Shown one piece after another: positions 26,490 to 39,697 of a stretch of 64,000 nucleotides of DNA (position 1 is the stretch's first letter; every line of letters begins with the position of its first letter). The position numbers and the translations under genes are program-made. This stretch comes from a virus (lineage: Duplodnaviria > Caudoviricetes): IMG/VR virus record IMGVR_UViG_3300029928_000003; one strand, written 5' to 3'. Below the pieces are notes generated by a model. It did no database searches. It saw only the letters and a list, made by a program, of their open reading frames with translations, and was not told the DNA's origin.

Positions 26490-26810
26490 TTATTTTCTAA
26501 TTCTTTTTACGAGTATACCGCCTTTGCGGAATACTGGTTCGCCTGCTTGTTGCTGTGGTGCGCCTTGACCCCCTGCTTGTTGTGCCATTTGCACAAATAC
26601 TTGACAAACTTGCATTGCAGCTTGACAATCTTGATTCTAGAGGGCCTACATTGCTATTTGAGCAATCTGCATAATAGGATCTTCTTGACCACCCTAAGGT
26701 GCAGCTTCTTGTTCTTGGGGAGCTGCTTCTTGTTCGGGTGCTTCCTGCTCTGGAGCAACCTCACCACCCATTTGAAATTTCTTAATACTGTTTCTAGGTG
26801 TAAACTTCAT
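26490..26810 (-). CDS. Small Gln/Glu/Ala-rich protein, 106 aa, missing from the ORF track; TAG=Gln
   Basis: MKFTPRNSIKKFQMGGEVAPEQEAPEQEAAPQEQEAAPQGGQEDPIMQIAQ...EPVFRKGGILVKRIRK, ending in TAA and followed by a terminator. Confidence 0.8.
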
Positions 26811-26899
26811 AGTTAACTATTTTTTATAAAATTTATAATTAATATTAATTTATCTTAAATTCTATTTTGGAGCTATTAAATATAGCTATTATAATTTAA

Positions 26900-27475
26900 T
26901 TAATTCTGTTTCTTATTAGGGTTTTCCACATATTCAGGTTCTCTATTATCTTGTGTTTTTAAACACTTAAACATATATTTCCCTAATGCTTTATAATCTT
27001 TATCTTCTTTAGACTAGTCAGCTTTTTTGGCTTTTTTTATAAGTACTCTAGAATTCTTTCTAGAGAAAATCCTCTCTCCTCCCCATAAATCATATTGATC
27101 ACTGCCATCCTAATTAAGTACTTTCATTACTGGGCCTCTATCATCAGGAAATTCTAAAGAATCTCCTATTTTTACACCAGAATCTTTATTAAGTTCGAGT
27201 ACGTATGCTATATCTTTTTCACTTATTGGTTTAGTACTATTAGGAGTTCCTTCTTTGACATTAATTACATTTTCATCTTCATCAATAAAAATAATATCAA
27301 GCGGAATCTTAGTATCTTTCATCCAAAAAGATACATCTTCTGGGGGAGTAAAATAAAATAGCATACCTTCATCTTTAGGTAGATTTTCTATATCCTGCAA
27401 ACCTTTAGATTTTTCGTCCTCGGTTATAGCCTATTTTACTTTATATTTCTTATTTCCTACTTCAATATTAATCAT
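26900..27475 (-). CDS. DUF192-domain protein with a C-terminal extension, 191 aa; TAG=Gln
   Basis: GL...LP.DEGMLF...FWMKDTKIPLDIIFID...YVLELN..G...GD is the DUF192 signature. Continues through TAG to LWGGERIFSRKNS...TAA. Confidence 0.85.
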
Positions 27476-28941
27476 TGTATAGAATCAGAGTTTATATCAT
27501 TAAAAGATGCTGAAGTCTAAGACGTAGATCTCATACCAGGAACTTCGGGAGTAGATTTTCTTTGTTGTACTCCTACAACAAAAGCCTTATTGCGTGCGGC
27601 ATTTTCAGCAGAATCTAGTTGCTATTTAGTATATATTGCGCTAGAATTAGGAGTTTGATTATTCTAATTAGGATTATTTGGGTCTACCATTAAGAAATTA
27701 TAAGCTCCTCCAAGTATGTTTTTCATTATTGGGTCAAATCTTCCAGATAAGCCTCTAAAAGGTCTTGTTGCGAGATACCCATACGGGCCGACAACGCGTA
27801 ATGTGTTCCTAATTACAGGTCCTTTAGAATTGCTGAATTCCCCTGGTTTTTCCCAAAACCAAGCTCTATAAGGATTAGCATCTCTATATTCCCACCAATT
27901 ATTATATTTTGGCGTACCCTCTGTAGAGTTATTTACAGGTGTTTGTTTATCACCTCTCCAAGCTCTCCAAAGTCTTTTAAAACGTCCTGGTTGTTTTTCA
28001 GGTTGTTCGTTAGATGGGTTATTTTCTCCCTTATTTTCTTCATCATTTTCTTCATCATTTTCTTCTTCAGAAGAATTATCATCTTCTGGTTCTGGATGAA
28101 TTACAGTCTATGTAGTATCTACAGGAGTTTGGATACTATCAGGTGCTCCACTATAGGCTCTTGCAACTGCAGCTGAATCTGGGTACTCTGTAAGGTTGCC
28201 TTTATCATCTAGAATAGATACTGTATTATAAGTTCGATCGTTATTAAGAGCTGCGACTCCTAATCCTAATGCCCCTGTTAATACGTATGGAGAATAAGTC
28301 ATTGCTCTAGAAGTAGCAGCCACAGGAGTTGCTATAGGAGTTGCTACAGATACACCTTCAGGCGTTACCATCTACATTACTGCTCTAGGAGTTCCTTGTG
28401 TAATGTAATTTCCTACAGGAGTGTCTGATAAACCTCTACCTACCCAAGATATTATTCTCGGAGCACCAGATTTTACTCCTCTACTAATAATAGAAAATAC
28501 TGGTCCAAGTGCTTCGCCTACAGGAAGTAACGTAGCTGCCATATTACCTACTAAATTACCTGCATCTGTCCATTGCTACATAGCGTATGGGTTGTGTTCC
28601 CAAGCTTGTTGTACCCCTCTTACACGACTATCCCCAAATAATGCGCTATAATCTGAAGTACCATAGAAATTTCTATTAAATTCAGGGCTATAAGCAGCTC
28701 CCCTTTGAGCATCTACTACATTAGTAGAACTATGTCTAGCATCTGACTAAGGGGCATTTGATATAGGAGTATACAAAGTGGGGTTAGTTATATCATAATC
28801 ACTTAACTAATAGCTAAATGGTATCTACCCTGTCTGGGGATCTATATAAACTTTAGTATCTGGACTAGCTGTTTTTCCAGCTGGTCTCATATTTTCTGGA
28901 AGATCCCCCCATCGAATATATGATATTTTACGTTTTGCCAT
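27472..28941 (-). CDS. Hypothetical protein in the cargo cluster, about 489 aa, with an acidic/Pro-rich linker; TAG=Gln
   Basis: Starts MAKRKISYIRWGDLPENMRP. In frame with fragment 28108..28371. TGA overlaps the next ATG (ATGA). Confidence 0.72.
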
Positions 28942-28943
28942 AA

Positions 28944-30794
28944 TTATATAGAATTATTTGTATTATCTTTTGTATTATATAATATTTCTTTCGTTAATAA
29001 TTTACCAGCTTGAATAGCTATTTCATCTTTTTCTTTTTGAGTAGAATCATTATTATACTTTTTGTACAATTCTTCTATTTTCTTAGTTATATCAAGTCTA
29101 AGAATTAATTCCTCTCTTTCTATTTCGGCTTGCTATTCTATATTTCCCCCATCAGATTCAGACACTACTGGAATTCCTTTATTAGTAATTCCTTCTACAT
29201 CCATATTATGCTTACGAGCATGTAGGGATCCTTCTGGAATTATATTAAATTTACCACCTTCTCTAAATATATCTGAAATTACTGGAAACTATATTTCTAA
29301 TAGAGTTGTAGTAAATGTACCTCCTTCTTTATGTAATGTAGTCTAAGAATCATTCTAAGTAGTAGTCTATAATGGAGTAGTTCTAGGCACATATTTATAA
29401 TACGGAGAACTTTTAATTAGTTTGTATTTATTACGAAAATCTTCAGCTTCATCAGAATTATACCAATCTAATTCCTTCTGTAATGAAGGATGTTTATCAG
29501 ATTTCATAAATTCTATTTCTCCAGTATCTGGATTCTCTGCGACAGAATATGCATGATACCCATCTTCATACTTAGTAAATAAGCCATTAAATACCCCAGT
29601 TTGAAAATCTTTAGGTTTACCATTATATTTCCAATAATCTTTCATTCTATAATCAGTAGTATCCTATAAGTTTTTTGGAAGACTCTCATAAAAAATTTGA
29701 TACTTTTCATCATCTGTTAATTCTTTTGGGGTGCTTATAGAGCTTCCCTTTTGATATTTAAGAGTTCTGGCCACTCTTCTTCCTCTATATAAATCTTGTA
29801 AAGAGAATCCGTTTCTGCCTACAGGGATCTATTGATACCCTCCTTGTAGATTATAGTTTCTTCTATTTCCGTTTATTGCAGACATAGAATTTCTTATATT
29901 AAATCTATTCATTGAATCATTAGCAATATCTGTTATATATTGTTGCTATATTTTAGCATTTTGTATTTCATCATTTGCTTTATTTCGGGCATTCTGACTA
30001 AATAATCCGTATTTCTTACCAGATTTTTTTAATGCATCATCTATTAATTTATTAGTTCCAGTATATGATGCTCCTACTTGTGAAAAAGCATCTTTATCTT
30101 TAGTAATAGTATCAGCTTTAGAACCTCCAAAACCATTAATTAATCCTAACGGGGTTAATCCTAAAAAAGAACTTCCTAAAATAGAATCTATGTTAGTCAT
30201 ACCATCAGTACCCCCTCCTATAGCATTTAATCCTTTATTTAAAACCGAACCTGCTTTCATAGTACCGCCTATAATAGAACCTACAGGACCAAATGCCATA
30301 GCAGCATCCGAGATACCATCGTATACTGTATCTAAAGTTTGTGTTACGTCTCCTTTTGTGCCGTAATATTCAGATTTCTGAGGTAAAAAGTTATTAATGA
30401 TATCTGAAGCTACGCCAATCCTAGCCATTGCATTACCAGCTTTACTTAAATTCTGCTAATGTTTTAATTGAGCCAACTATTTAGAATTTAAAGATGCTTC
30501 TGCTAAAGTACTTATTCCTGATGTATCAGGTTTAGTAGGTTTAAAAGTAGGTGCTACAGAAGCTATAGCCTATGATAGATTAGATACCAAATCTTGACCT
30601 ATCTATGGAGCAGTACTTATATTATCAGTAGAATTATTACTATTTTGAGAAGTATTATATAGCCACTATAATAGATTAAATTTATCTGTTAAATTCTAAA
30701 ACTAATTTTGCATCTAATTAAAATCTGGATAATCTCCAAATGTTAATTCTGGATTTGAAGTACCTAAAGGGCTTCCATTAAATGTATTAGGCAT
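28944..30794 (-). CDS. Putative cargo protein, about 616 aa, with Gly-rich hydrophobic (membrane-inserting-like) segments; TAG=Gln
   Basis: Starts MPNTFNGSPLG. Fragments 30428 and 29645 are in frame. Contains AAMAFGPVGSIIGG and FLGLTPLGLINGFGG, with a C-terminal GIPVV...AEIEREELI module. Confidence 0.75.
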
Positions 30795-33700
30795 AGCTTA
30801 TAGAAAATAAAGTATTTACTGCATTAATAATGGCACGTTTTCTGCCATCATATCTAATTCTAATTTTCATATATTTATCTTTTAATTTAACTTCTTGATT
30901 AAGAGGATTATCCCAAATTACTATTGCTCTATCTTTAAGGTCTTTTGGGATACTTAAAGTATTTGAAACGTCTAATGGTTTACACTAAGAGCCGAGTTCA
31001 ATAGGAACTTTGTTGGGATTTAAATCAGTGGTATTTGCTAGGTTTTCTTTATCCCAAGCAGGCTCATTCTTTTCTATTACATTTAAAGGATTAATTTGTA
31101 CATACCACTTATCCTCTTTATAGTGCATATTTCCACGTAGTCTACCGCCTTTGTTTAAGTCTATTGCTCTTGCATGATTCCATATATGATATTCTCCTGT
31201 ATTAGGATAGTATACTATTTCCCCACCAGCTAATTCAGAAAAATCTTTATTTAACCCATCCTTTGCATAATAAATATCTTCTATTAAATTATAAGGTTTG
31301 GTTCTCCAATAATACTAAGGTAAAATAGTAGATTTCTTATAATATTCAGAATTATCTATTAATTCATGAGTAATACCTTTTTCTAAAGTAGGATATGAAC
31401 TATTATAAGTTAAATTACTGCCGTTATACTAATATAGTTCTTTGGTAGCTTCCTATCTAATATACATTGTTTGTTTATTAGAAGAAAAGCTATAACAATC
31501 CCCAACTATTTCATAATGAAATGATTCTGGTTCAGCACTATTACTAACAATTTCTAAATTATCAAATATTTTATGATATTGAGCATCTTTATTTACAATA
31601 AACTCAAACTCAAAAGGATGTTGTTTACCATACCAAAATGTAGGCTTTAACTATTCTGCAGTATCTATAATACCGCCATAACCATGTTTCCAGAAAGATG
31701 TATTTAAACTATTTAGTCTATTATCTTTTATTACTGCAATAACTGTTTCAATAGATGGGTAAGTAGTATTTATATCATCCAATTTCTTGCTTATATTAGC
31801 TTTAATATTTAATAAATAAACAGGTTCAATACTATCTTCAGTTCCAATATATAATAATGTATTAGTTTCAGGATCAATCTTAAACTGTTTATAATTATTT
31901 AAATTATCTTTAATGAGTTCATAAGTAATTATATAACTATCATCATAACCAGAACAATTAAGTATTCCTATTTCCTATTGACTTGGTGTAATTACTACGT
32001 TAGATAATGTAATACAATCTGAAAAAGAATTACCGTTTATAGATGTACCTAATTTAGAAATATATTTAGAAGTATTCCTATCAAAACTAAAATATTGATT
32101 TTCTATATTTTCAGAATAACTTGGAACCCAACTATAGAAAGTTATCCATTTATTTAAGACCTCATTAAAACATATATTCCATACATTTTCTTCAAATCCT
32201 TCAAGATTGTCGTAGAATGTAAACATTACGTCCTATTTAAATGCATTGTAATGAGTCTTGATATTTCTAATACCTATTATAGGAGTAATTTCTCTTTCCT
32301 TTAAAGTTATATTTTTATTTAGAAATTCCTAAATTCTAAAATCAGATATACATTCAAAAGAACTGCCATCGGTTCTCCAAATCTTTTTAGTTACTGTATC
32401 TATTCCGTAAATTGCTTTAGGAGTTTTTATAATAGAATCTACCCACTAACTCCCATGGGTATCAGAAAGGATTTTAGGATTCTCGGGTAAAACATTGGAT
32501 GTGTTAATATAAATATTTCCTCCAGTTCCACTACCAGCTAAAGCTCGTTCATTAATTGGTATTAGGGCGATTCCGTGTTCAAATACACAAATAATATCTC
32601 CTCTCCATTCTTCTATTTTTGTAATAGAACCGTATGTTTTAGGATAATCTCTATAATTAGTTCCTAAGAATATTCTCCAACCATTTTGGAAAGCATCCTA
32701 TACTTGAATATTAGAATAACTTATCCTATTGCTAAATTCATTCTTAATCCAAGGTACATCTGGAAGTTCGTAATGATACTAATTAGATAAACTTTTACTA
32801 AATCCTTTATTATAGCATAAAGCTTCGGGAATCTTATATGAACCCCCATTATTCATAGGATATAATGGGAAAAATCCTCTATTGTGCCCAAATAGAGCTG
32901 CTTCATCAACCATAGATTCATCAATAGCTCTAATTGATAAATTCATAGAAGATCGCACAGTAAGAGTTACATACATTCCAAGTTGTACTGCATTGACATC
33001 TCCTAAATTAATCTTATCAAAATTTTCTTTTTTAACAACACCATCTTCTACTTTATAATTATCTGCCCAACAATTTGGATTAACTATTTTATCATTTGTT
33101 GGTGAAGATGGGTCTTGAAAATTTCTATTTACTCTATGAGTAAATTTGCATATATAACAATCTCCTCTATAAAAAGGTATTGTAGTCTTTACATTATCTT
33201 GTTCTTTAGTAAATAAAGATTCATCGTTAATATCATATCTTTCAGAGATTGCAAAATATGCCGATTTATCATTGGCTCTAATCTAGAAGTAATTTATCAA
33301 TTGTGCAATATCATATCCTGGGATTTTAATATCTATATAAGTCCCTACAGTATCAATTCCAGTAATTCCTAAATAAGAGCCATAAGAACCTCTTAATAAA
33401 TTAGAAGCTCCTGTTTTAATTTTCTTTTGTCCTATATATTCGTACCTAAATGCTTCTTCAGCTTCCCCTGCTCTTGCGGAGAACATTGTATTACCGATAG
33501 CAACTAATTTAACGTTATCTTCAACACCTAATACTTTAACGGTTCTATACTATCCATTTATTGTATATTCATCAGTATTAGGAATAAAGTGAATATTATC
33601 AGGTTGTTGTGCTAATATAACCTATTCACTATTTCTACAGACTAATTCAGAACTATTAAAAATAGAATTTAAATATGGGGAATTAACATCATAATCTGGA

Positions 33701-35412
33701 CAAATAGCTCCTTGTGCATTATACTATAAATTATCAAGCAGTACTTTTCTAGATTCAAAATTATGAGTTAATATTCTTTCGGCAATTATTTCTTTAGTAG
33801 AAGGTCTTTCTCCATTTTGTATATCTTTACCTATTTGAGATAAGAAACTTTCTGTAATACACTACTTATTTGCAATTGGTAATACTGGAGTATGGCTTTC
33901 TTTATCAATTCCTATAGTATAAGCCTAACATAATGTAGTAGGTATTCTATTTTGTCTTACAAAGAAAAATCCTTTTATTTTTAAAGTGTTCTTTAAATAA
34001 TTTAACACTTCATCAGGTACTTTAAATTGTATACCTATTACTTTATTATTTGGAACATCCTTTTCTATTTTAATAACTCCTTTAGCATTTTCATATATAT
34101 TTTTCTGAGATATTTGATAATTTTGTTCATTATAAGTAATATAGTTACGACTATTATCTTCTGAAATAAAATCAATATCACTATAGATAGGTTTATCTGT
34201 TAATAAATTCCCTCTGACATTAAATACTTCAGTTAACGTATAATCCTGCTATATAAATACAATTCCAAATCTATATATCTCATCATTCCAATATCCTACC
34301 TTATTATAAATATATTTAGTATCATAATAGGTATCTAAGATATTACCTTCGTAATTTTGATCTAAATTATTTATTTTACAAGTTTCATCTGTATTTAAAT
34401 ATGGTTTAAATCGTAATGCGCAATCAGCTAAATCTTCATAAGGTATTTTTGGTTTATCTACGTTAGCTAAAAATAATATATTCTGAGCAGCTGTTTGTGT
34501 TTTTGCGGAACCATAAATTTGATACTAAGTATTTATATCTGACAGAGGAACTTCTGTTTTTTCTTCATATCCAGTAATAATAAATACTGTATTACTTTCA
34601 GTATTTAAAGTAAAGCTATGATTTATTTTATATGCTTGAGTAACTGCATTCTACTGAATATCAGAAGTATTTATAGTAAAATAAATATTTACTTTATTAT
34701 ATCCTGTATCGGTATTATATAAACTGAATTGTACTTGCTTATGAGAGTTCTCATTTCTAAATCCAGAATAAATAGAATTAGGTTTATTTCCAATAAAAAT
34801 AGATACTAATCCAGATTCAGCAAAAAAATCCGATTCATTTCCATCTTCATCTACATATCTGAAATAGAAATGATAATTTCCAACTGATAAGTTTCCTCCA
34901 TAACTAACCCCATTAAATTTCAATTTAGGAATAGTATTAACTTTCTTATATAATGCTGTGTCAATCTCAAATTGATCACCCCTATCATATATATTAGTAT
35001 CATTATTACCTTTTCTATCACATATCTAATATTTATTTTTACCTATTGGGCTAAATCTAGAATTAATTAATTTAGGGGTATTTTCCCCATCATTAATAAT
35101 TAGATTTACTGAATTATCATAAGACCACTATGGCAACAAATTAACTGGGCTAGATAAATCAAATTGTAATTCATTTGTAGTAAAATCCACCAAGGAACCT
35201 TTTTGATATAATCTACCCTATTTCTTTTGTTCTTCGGTAAACTACCCAGATAATTCAAATTCTTCTCTTGTATACCATTTATCCTAATAACGATACATAT
35301 CTTGATCTAAGCGGTAATTATGAAATGGGTTATATTCCCAAACTAAATTACCTTCTTGAGGATGTTGTCTTAATACTACCCCAAAATTATATTTAGTTTC
35401 TATGTTGCTCAT
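30787..35412 (-). CDS. Tail muzzle/stabilisation protein, C-terminal part (P22 gp10-like crAss family), about 1541 aa; TAG=Gln
   Basis: Four fragments in frame from ATG 35412 to TAA 30789. Recalled crAss muzzle motifs: GDCYICKF, YGSITKI, FNEVLNKWITFYSWVP, HKIFDNLEI, LKDKYMKIRIRYDG. Confidence 0.78.
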
Positions 35413-38400
35413 TACTTATTGGACCTAAATTAATTATTTCTTTAATTGTAGCATTCTATTCTTCCTCTCTACCAATAGCCATTACATATCTATCTTTATT
35501 AACTGCTCCTAATGTTACTCTTAACATTTCATTTTGGGTATTAATTCTATACTAAGTATTAGCTAATGATTTAAAATCAGAAGAATTTCCTTCATCTTCT
35601 TTTAAATAATAAACTGGAGTGTTTTCGTCAATATATAAGTTCCTAGGAGATACTTCTAATTCTTTTATTTCGTATGAATCTTCATTAGGAATTTTAACTA
35701 ATGCTTTACTTGTATCTATATAAGATAACTAATTTATATAATATGACGGAGATACTTTAGTAGTAAAAGTTATATTTATAGTAGTATTCTAGATAGGATT
35801 ATAATATAAGTTTGGGATATTTTTATTAGGTTCAATGTCTATACCACATATAGATACTTTTATATTAGGATTTATAGCTAAAGAACATGTAATCTAATAG
35901 TTATAATCAGTATAATATTTAACATTATCCCATCTTAATTTCTAAACTTTATCAATAATACTAATTAATTTATGATAATTTTTAAATGGGGCGGTTAATA
36001 CATCTTCTGTTACATCTTTTTGATTTAATGTAATAGGTAATGGATAACCTGTTGGCCATTTGCTTTTATATTCAAATCCCTGCTATACAGATGTTTCATC
36101 GTACTACTTTATATTTGTATTGTACCAAGCAGACTATTTAAGCTAACCGTAAGTAAATAACTATACAGTATCATTAGAATCTTTTATAGCGTACATTATT
36201 AAATTTGGTCCATCACTTACTTTTCCATTTCCACTATAATAGTATAGATTATATAATCCGTGGGTAGTACTACTTGTATATAAAGTACCTTTTGCCCAAA
36301 TAGATATATTTTTTTGATTTCCATCTGTAGCAGAATCATGGGTTCTAAATCTTATTGCAAGCACGTCAGCTTTATCTAATTGAGAATCTAAGAAATTATA
36401 TAAGTCAGGATATACTTGTATATTACCAGATCTTCTTATATCATCCTTATAAGATATTTTAGCTTGGGGAGACACATTCGCTATATCATAATCATTATAT
36501 ATTCCTATACTCCATATATGATGCTGGCCTTCGACCATTATCCAGTAATCAGTGTTAACTACTATAGGAGTTAGTTCATAATCTACTGAAACATCTTCTT
36601 TAGTACCATAAGTTATACTTATAGGAGAATATACTTCTATAGCATAAGAAGCGGTTAATTGTTTATCATATTTTATATTACTTAATTTTACTGTTTTAGT
36701 AATAGCATCTAAAGAAGTAATATTACTTTCCTATCCCCCATAAGCTAATTGAATCTATTTAGCATTATTGCTATCCGTATATTTAATATTATCTGTAAAA
36801 TTTAACGATTCTATAGATATATTAATAAATGGCCATATATTAGAAGAATTAATTTCTCCAGAAATATCATAACTCTCTTTATTGAATACTTTATATTGTT
36901 TAGTAATAGTTTTAGAAGTATCATCTAGATATTTAGGTAAAGAATATATTTCAGTGTTTTCTAAATAAAGTTTATTATTAGAAGCCTAGTTAGTATAACT
37001 TATATTTGGAACACTATAAGTTGTATTATTAGTAATAATATCATTTAGATTTATATTATGATAATCATCTATGATATCAAAATAATTATTAAATATATCA
37101 CTATTATAAAGTAATCTATATAGATATCTATCTTCATTAGTATAATGGATACACAATTCAACTACATATAAAGAATTATTCTATAATTCTGTAATTCTTT
37201 TTGAAAAATATCCAGAATAACTAGGTCTTATATCTGTAAAGGATTGCTCTCTACTTTCTATACCTATTATAGAATTTGTAAGATACTCTGTTCCATTTTG
37301 TTCTTTATAAGTTTCTTTTATACTCGAATAAAGTTTTGGAGTAACTTTATAGAAATTAAAATCAATAGAATCTATTTTCTTATTCATTTCTGGATAAGAA
37401 TCAATACCCCAATATAATATAATTCCTTTATCGTCGTGTATATATTTATATTGTTTTAATATAATCTCCCCAGAACCAAGTTTACTTAAATCTATATCAA
37501 AATGTCTTTTAAAAATACTGATATACCCAAATGGCATAGCCGGATAAATATCAATAGATAATTCTTTATTTTCTCCAGTATCAGTATAGATAGGCTATTC
37601 AATTATAAAATCACTATCAGTATAATCATTCTTTCTAATATACTTTTTAGGTTCAGATGATTCATAATCTGGAGATAAATAGGTAACTCCTGTAATATGT
37701 GCATCTGGAGCTATAGTATCTATCTTAGCTATATCATTATTGTAATATATAGGGTATTTTAATTTTAATAGTATATTTCCTGTAGAATTAATATTATAAA
37801 TAATACTATTTAAATTAACTGCATTTTGGGCTTCTTCATTATCATAAGTCCAGTTAGTTGCTAAATAAATTTCATATTTATTTTGCTTGTTCTTTTTAGC
37901 GTCCCAACTTACAGAGAAAGAATTTATACATTCAAGCTAAACTAAAATAGCTAATTTACCACTTACTTTAGAAGAATATACGCTATAATTGAATTTATTA
38001 TTAGTCTATTCTGGAAGAATTTCTAAAGTACTTCCTACATTTATAAAGAAGTATCCGTCTTCATCTTTATAAGTCCATTCTAATGATTTTCCTAAATCTA
38101 TTATTTTACCATTATCTTGAACTGATACTACTGAAAACTTTATATATTTAGGAAGCTTATTTATATTTTTATCAAACCCATAAGCACTAATATATTTATT
38201 TAGAGTATTTATGTAAATTCTAAACTAATCTCCAGCATGTAATGTATTATCACTTAAATATATAAGCTATTTATTATTTAATATAGGGTTCTCTGGTGAA
38301 AACTAACCTGAATCTAAAGCAATTAACTTAGAAATATCTAATTCTGATTTTCTTTTACTTGAAAGTTCTTCAATATTACTTTTCTAAGGAGATGGAAATG

Positions 38401-38674
38401 AACCAATTTGTCCTTCATGTGTTAATGGATTATAAGAAGCAATATATATAATACCGCCTAATTCAGTAGTACCAACTGGGATAAATCCTGATGGTAATTC
38501 AGCATTAGGTATTTTTACATTACCCATATCATTCTGAAGTACATTATCATTTCCATTATATGTAAGTAATGTAGCATTAAGCGCATTACTTATTGTATTA
38601 TTTGGGGCTACTAATGGATTAAAATCCATTATTAATCCATCGGAAAATGTATTAGAAGTTGCATCTTTTTTCAT
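35393..38674 (-). CDS. Tail muzzle/stabilisation protein, N-terminal part, about 1093 aa; TAG=Gln
   Basis: N-terminus SNTFSDGLIMDFNP...NALNAT...LQNDMGN...GQIGSFPSP resembles the crAss stabilisation-protein start. Fragments 37537 and 36538 are in frame. Confidence 0.78.
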
Positions 38675-39246
38675 AATAATTCATATTTATTACAGTATGT
38701 TAATACATTTTTAAAATTTGGGGCATCCATAGTTTCTACAAATTCAGCCTTGTCTGAGATAAATTCATTAATTACTATTTGAAAACCTATTTTAGCAATA
38801 TAAGGAACTCTAAATATATATTTACCTTTGAATGCACGTAATTTACATTCGTCTTTCATTAAACACATATTTACTTTACCGTAATTAAAGATTTTTTTCT
38901 TTCGGCCTCTTTTCTTATTCTATTTTAAGTAATTCTAATAAGCTTCTTCAGAAATTGCAAAATAATAGTATCCATCCCAAGGGATGTGTCTTCTTCTATA
39001 TAATACTCGTAATCGAATTATCAGCCTTCTTAAATAATAAGAAAAGTGTTTTATAGGGTCATTACTTACATTACCTATATAACACCAAAAATCTTTATTT
39101 TTTATGAAAGTATCTCCTCCGTAACTGTTGTGTAAATATAATGAACGAAATCCAAAATTTAAAATCCGTTTAATATCTTGTTTAGGAACATCTGGAAATT
39201 GCTTATATAACTATTCATAATAATCAGATATTTTAGTTAGTTTCAT
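38671..39246 (-). CDS. Basic IHF/HU-like protein, 191 aa; TAG=Gln
   Basis: Starts MKLTKISDYYEQLYKQFPDVPKQDIKRILNFGF. Very basic. Occupies the position of IHF-like genes in crAss tail modules. In frame with 38671..38868. Confidence 0.6.
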
Positions 39247-39250
39247 AATA

Positions 39251-39697
39251 TTAACAATATTGCATACCTTTATTGGTATTATCAGTTATTTTATTTTTTA
39301 ATTTACTATTAACATAGATATTCTTAACTCTAGGAGTTCTGTTGCCGTACATAAATAATCCTAACTAATATCCCGTAAACATTGATTTTAAAAAATCTAC
39401 ATCTTCCCATTTACCATTTTTCCTTAATTTTTTAAAAAGTTCCCCTGTAAATTTCTGCATGTGAATATCGCTTTTAACATTACCATTTAATGGTAACTAA
39501 AAAGTGGCATTATTATCAATTACATCATTAAGTACTGCTTCTAAAGCAGCCTTGAATATTCTTTTTACTAATTTATCTCTATGTCTATCATTAATAATTT
39601 TTTCACAATCATTACAAGTAATTTTCAACTTTTTATAAGGAAAATTCTCAAATATATCGTCTATAGAGAAAGCGCATCCAGTACTCCAATATTTCAT
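39251..39697 (-). CDS. IHF/HU-like protein, 148 aa; TAG=Gln
   Basis: KLVKRIFKAALEAVLNDVIDNNATFQLP resembles the HU/IHF helix-2/strand-1 pattern. Reads through TAG to TAA 39253. Confidence 0.6.
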
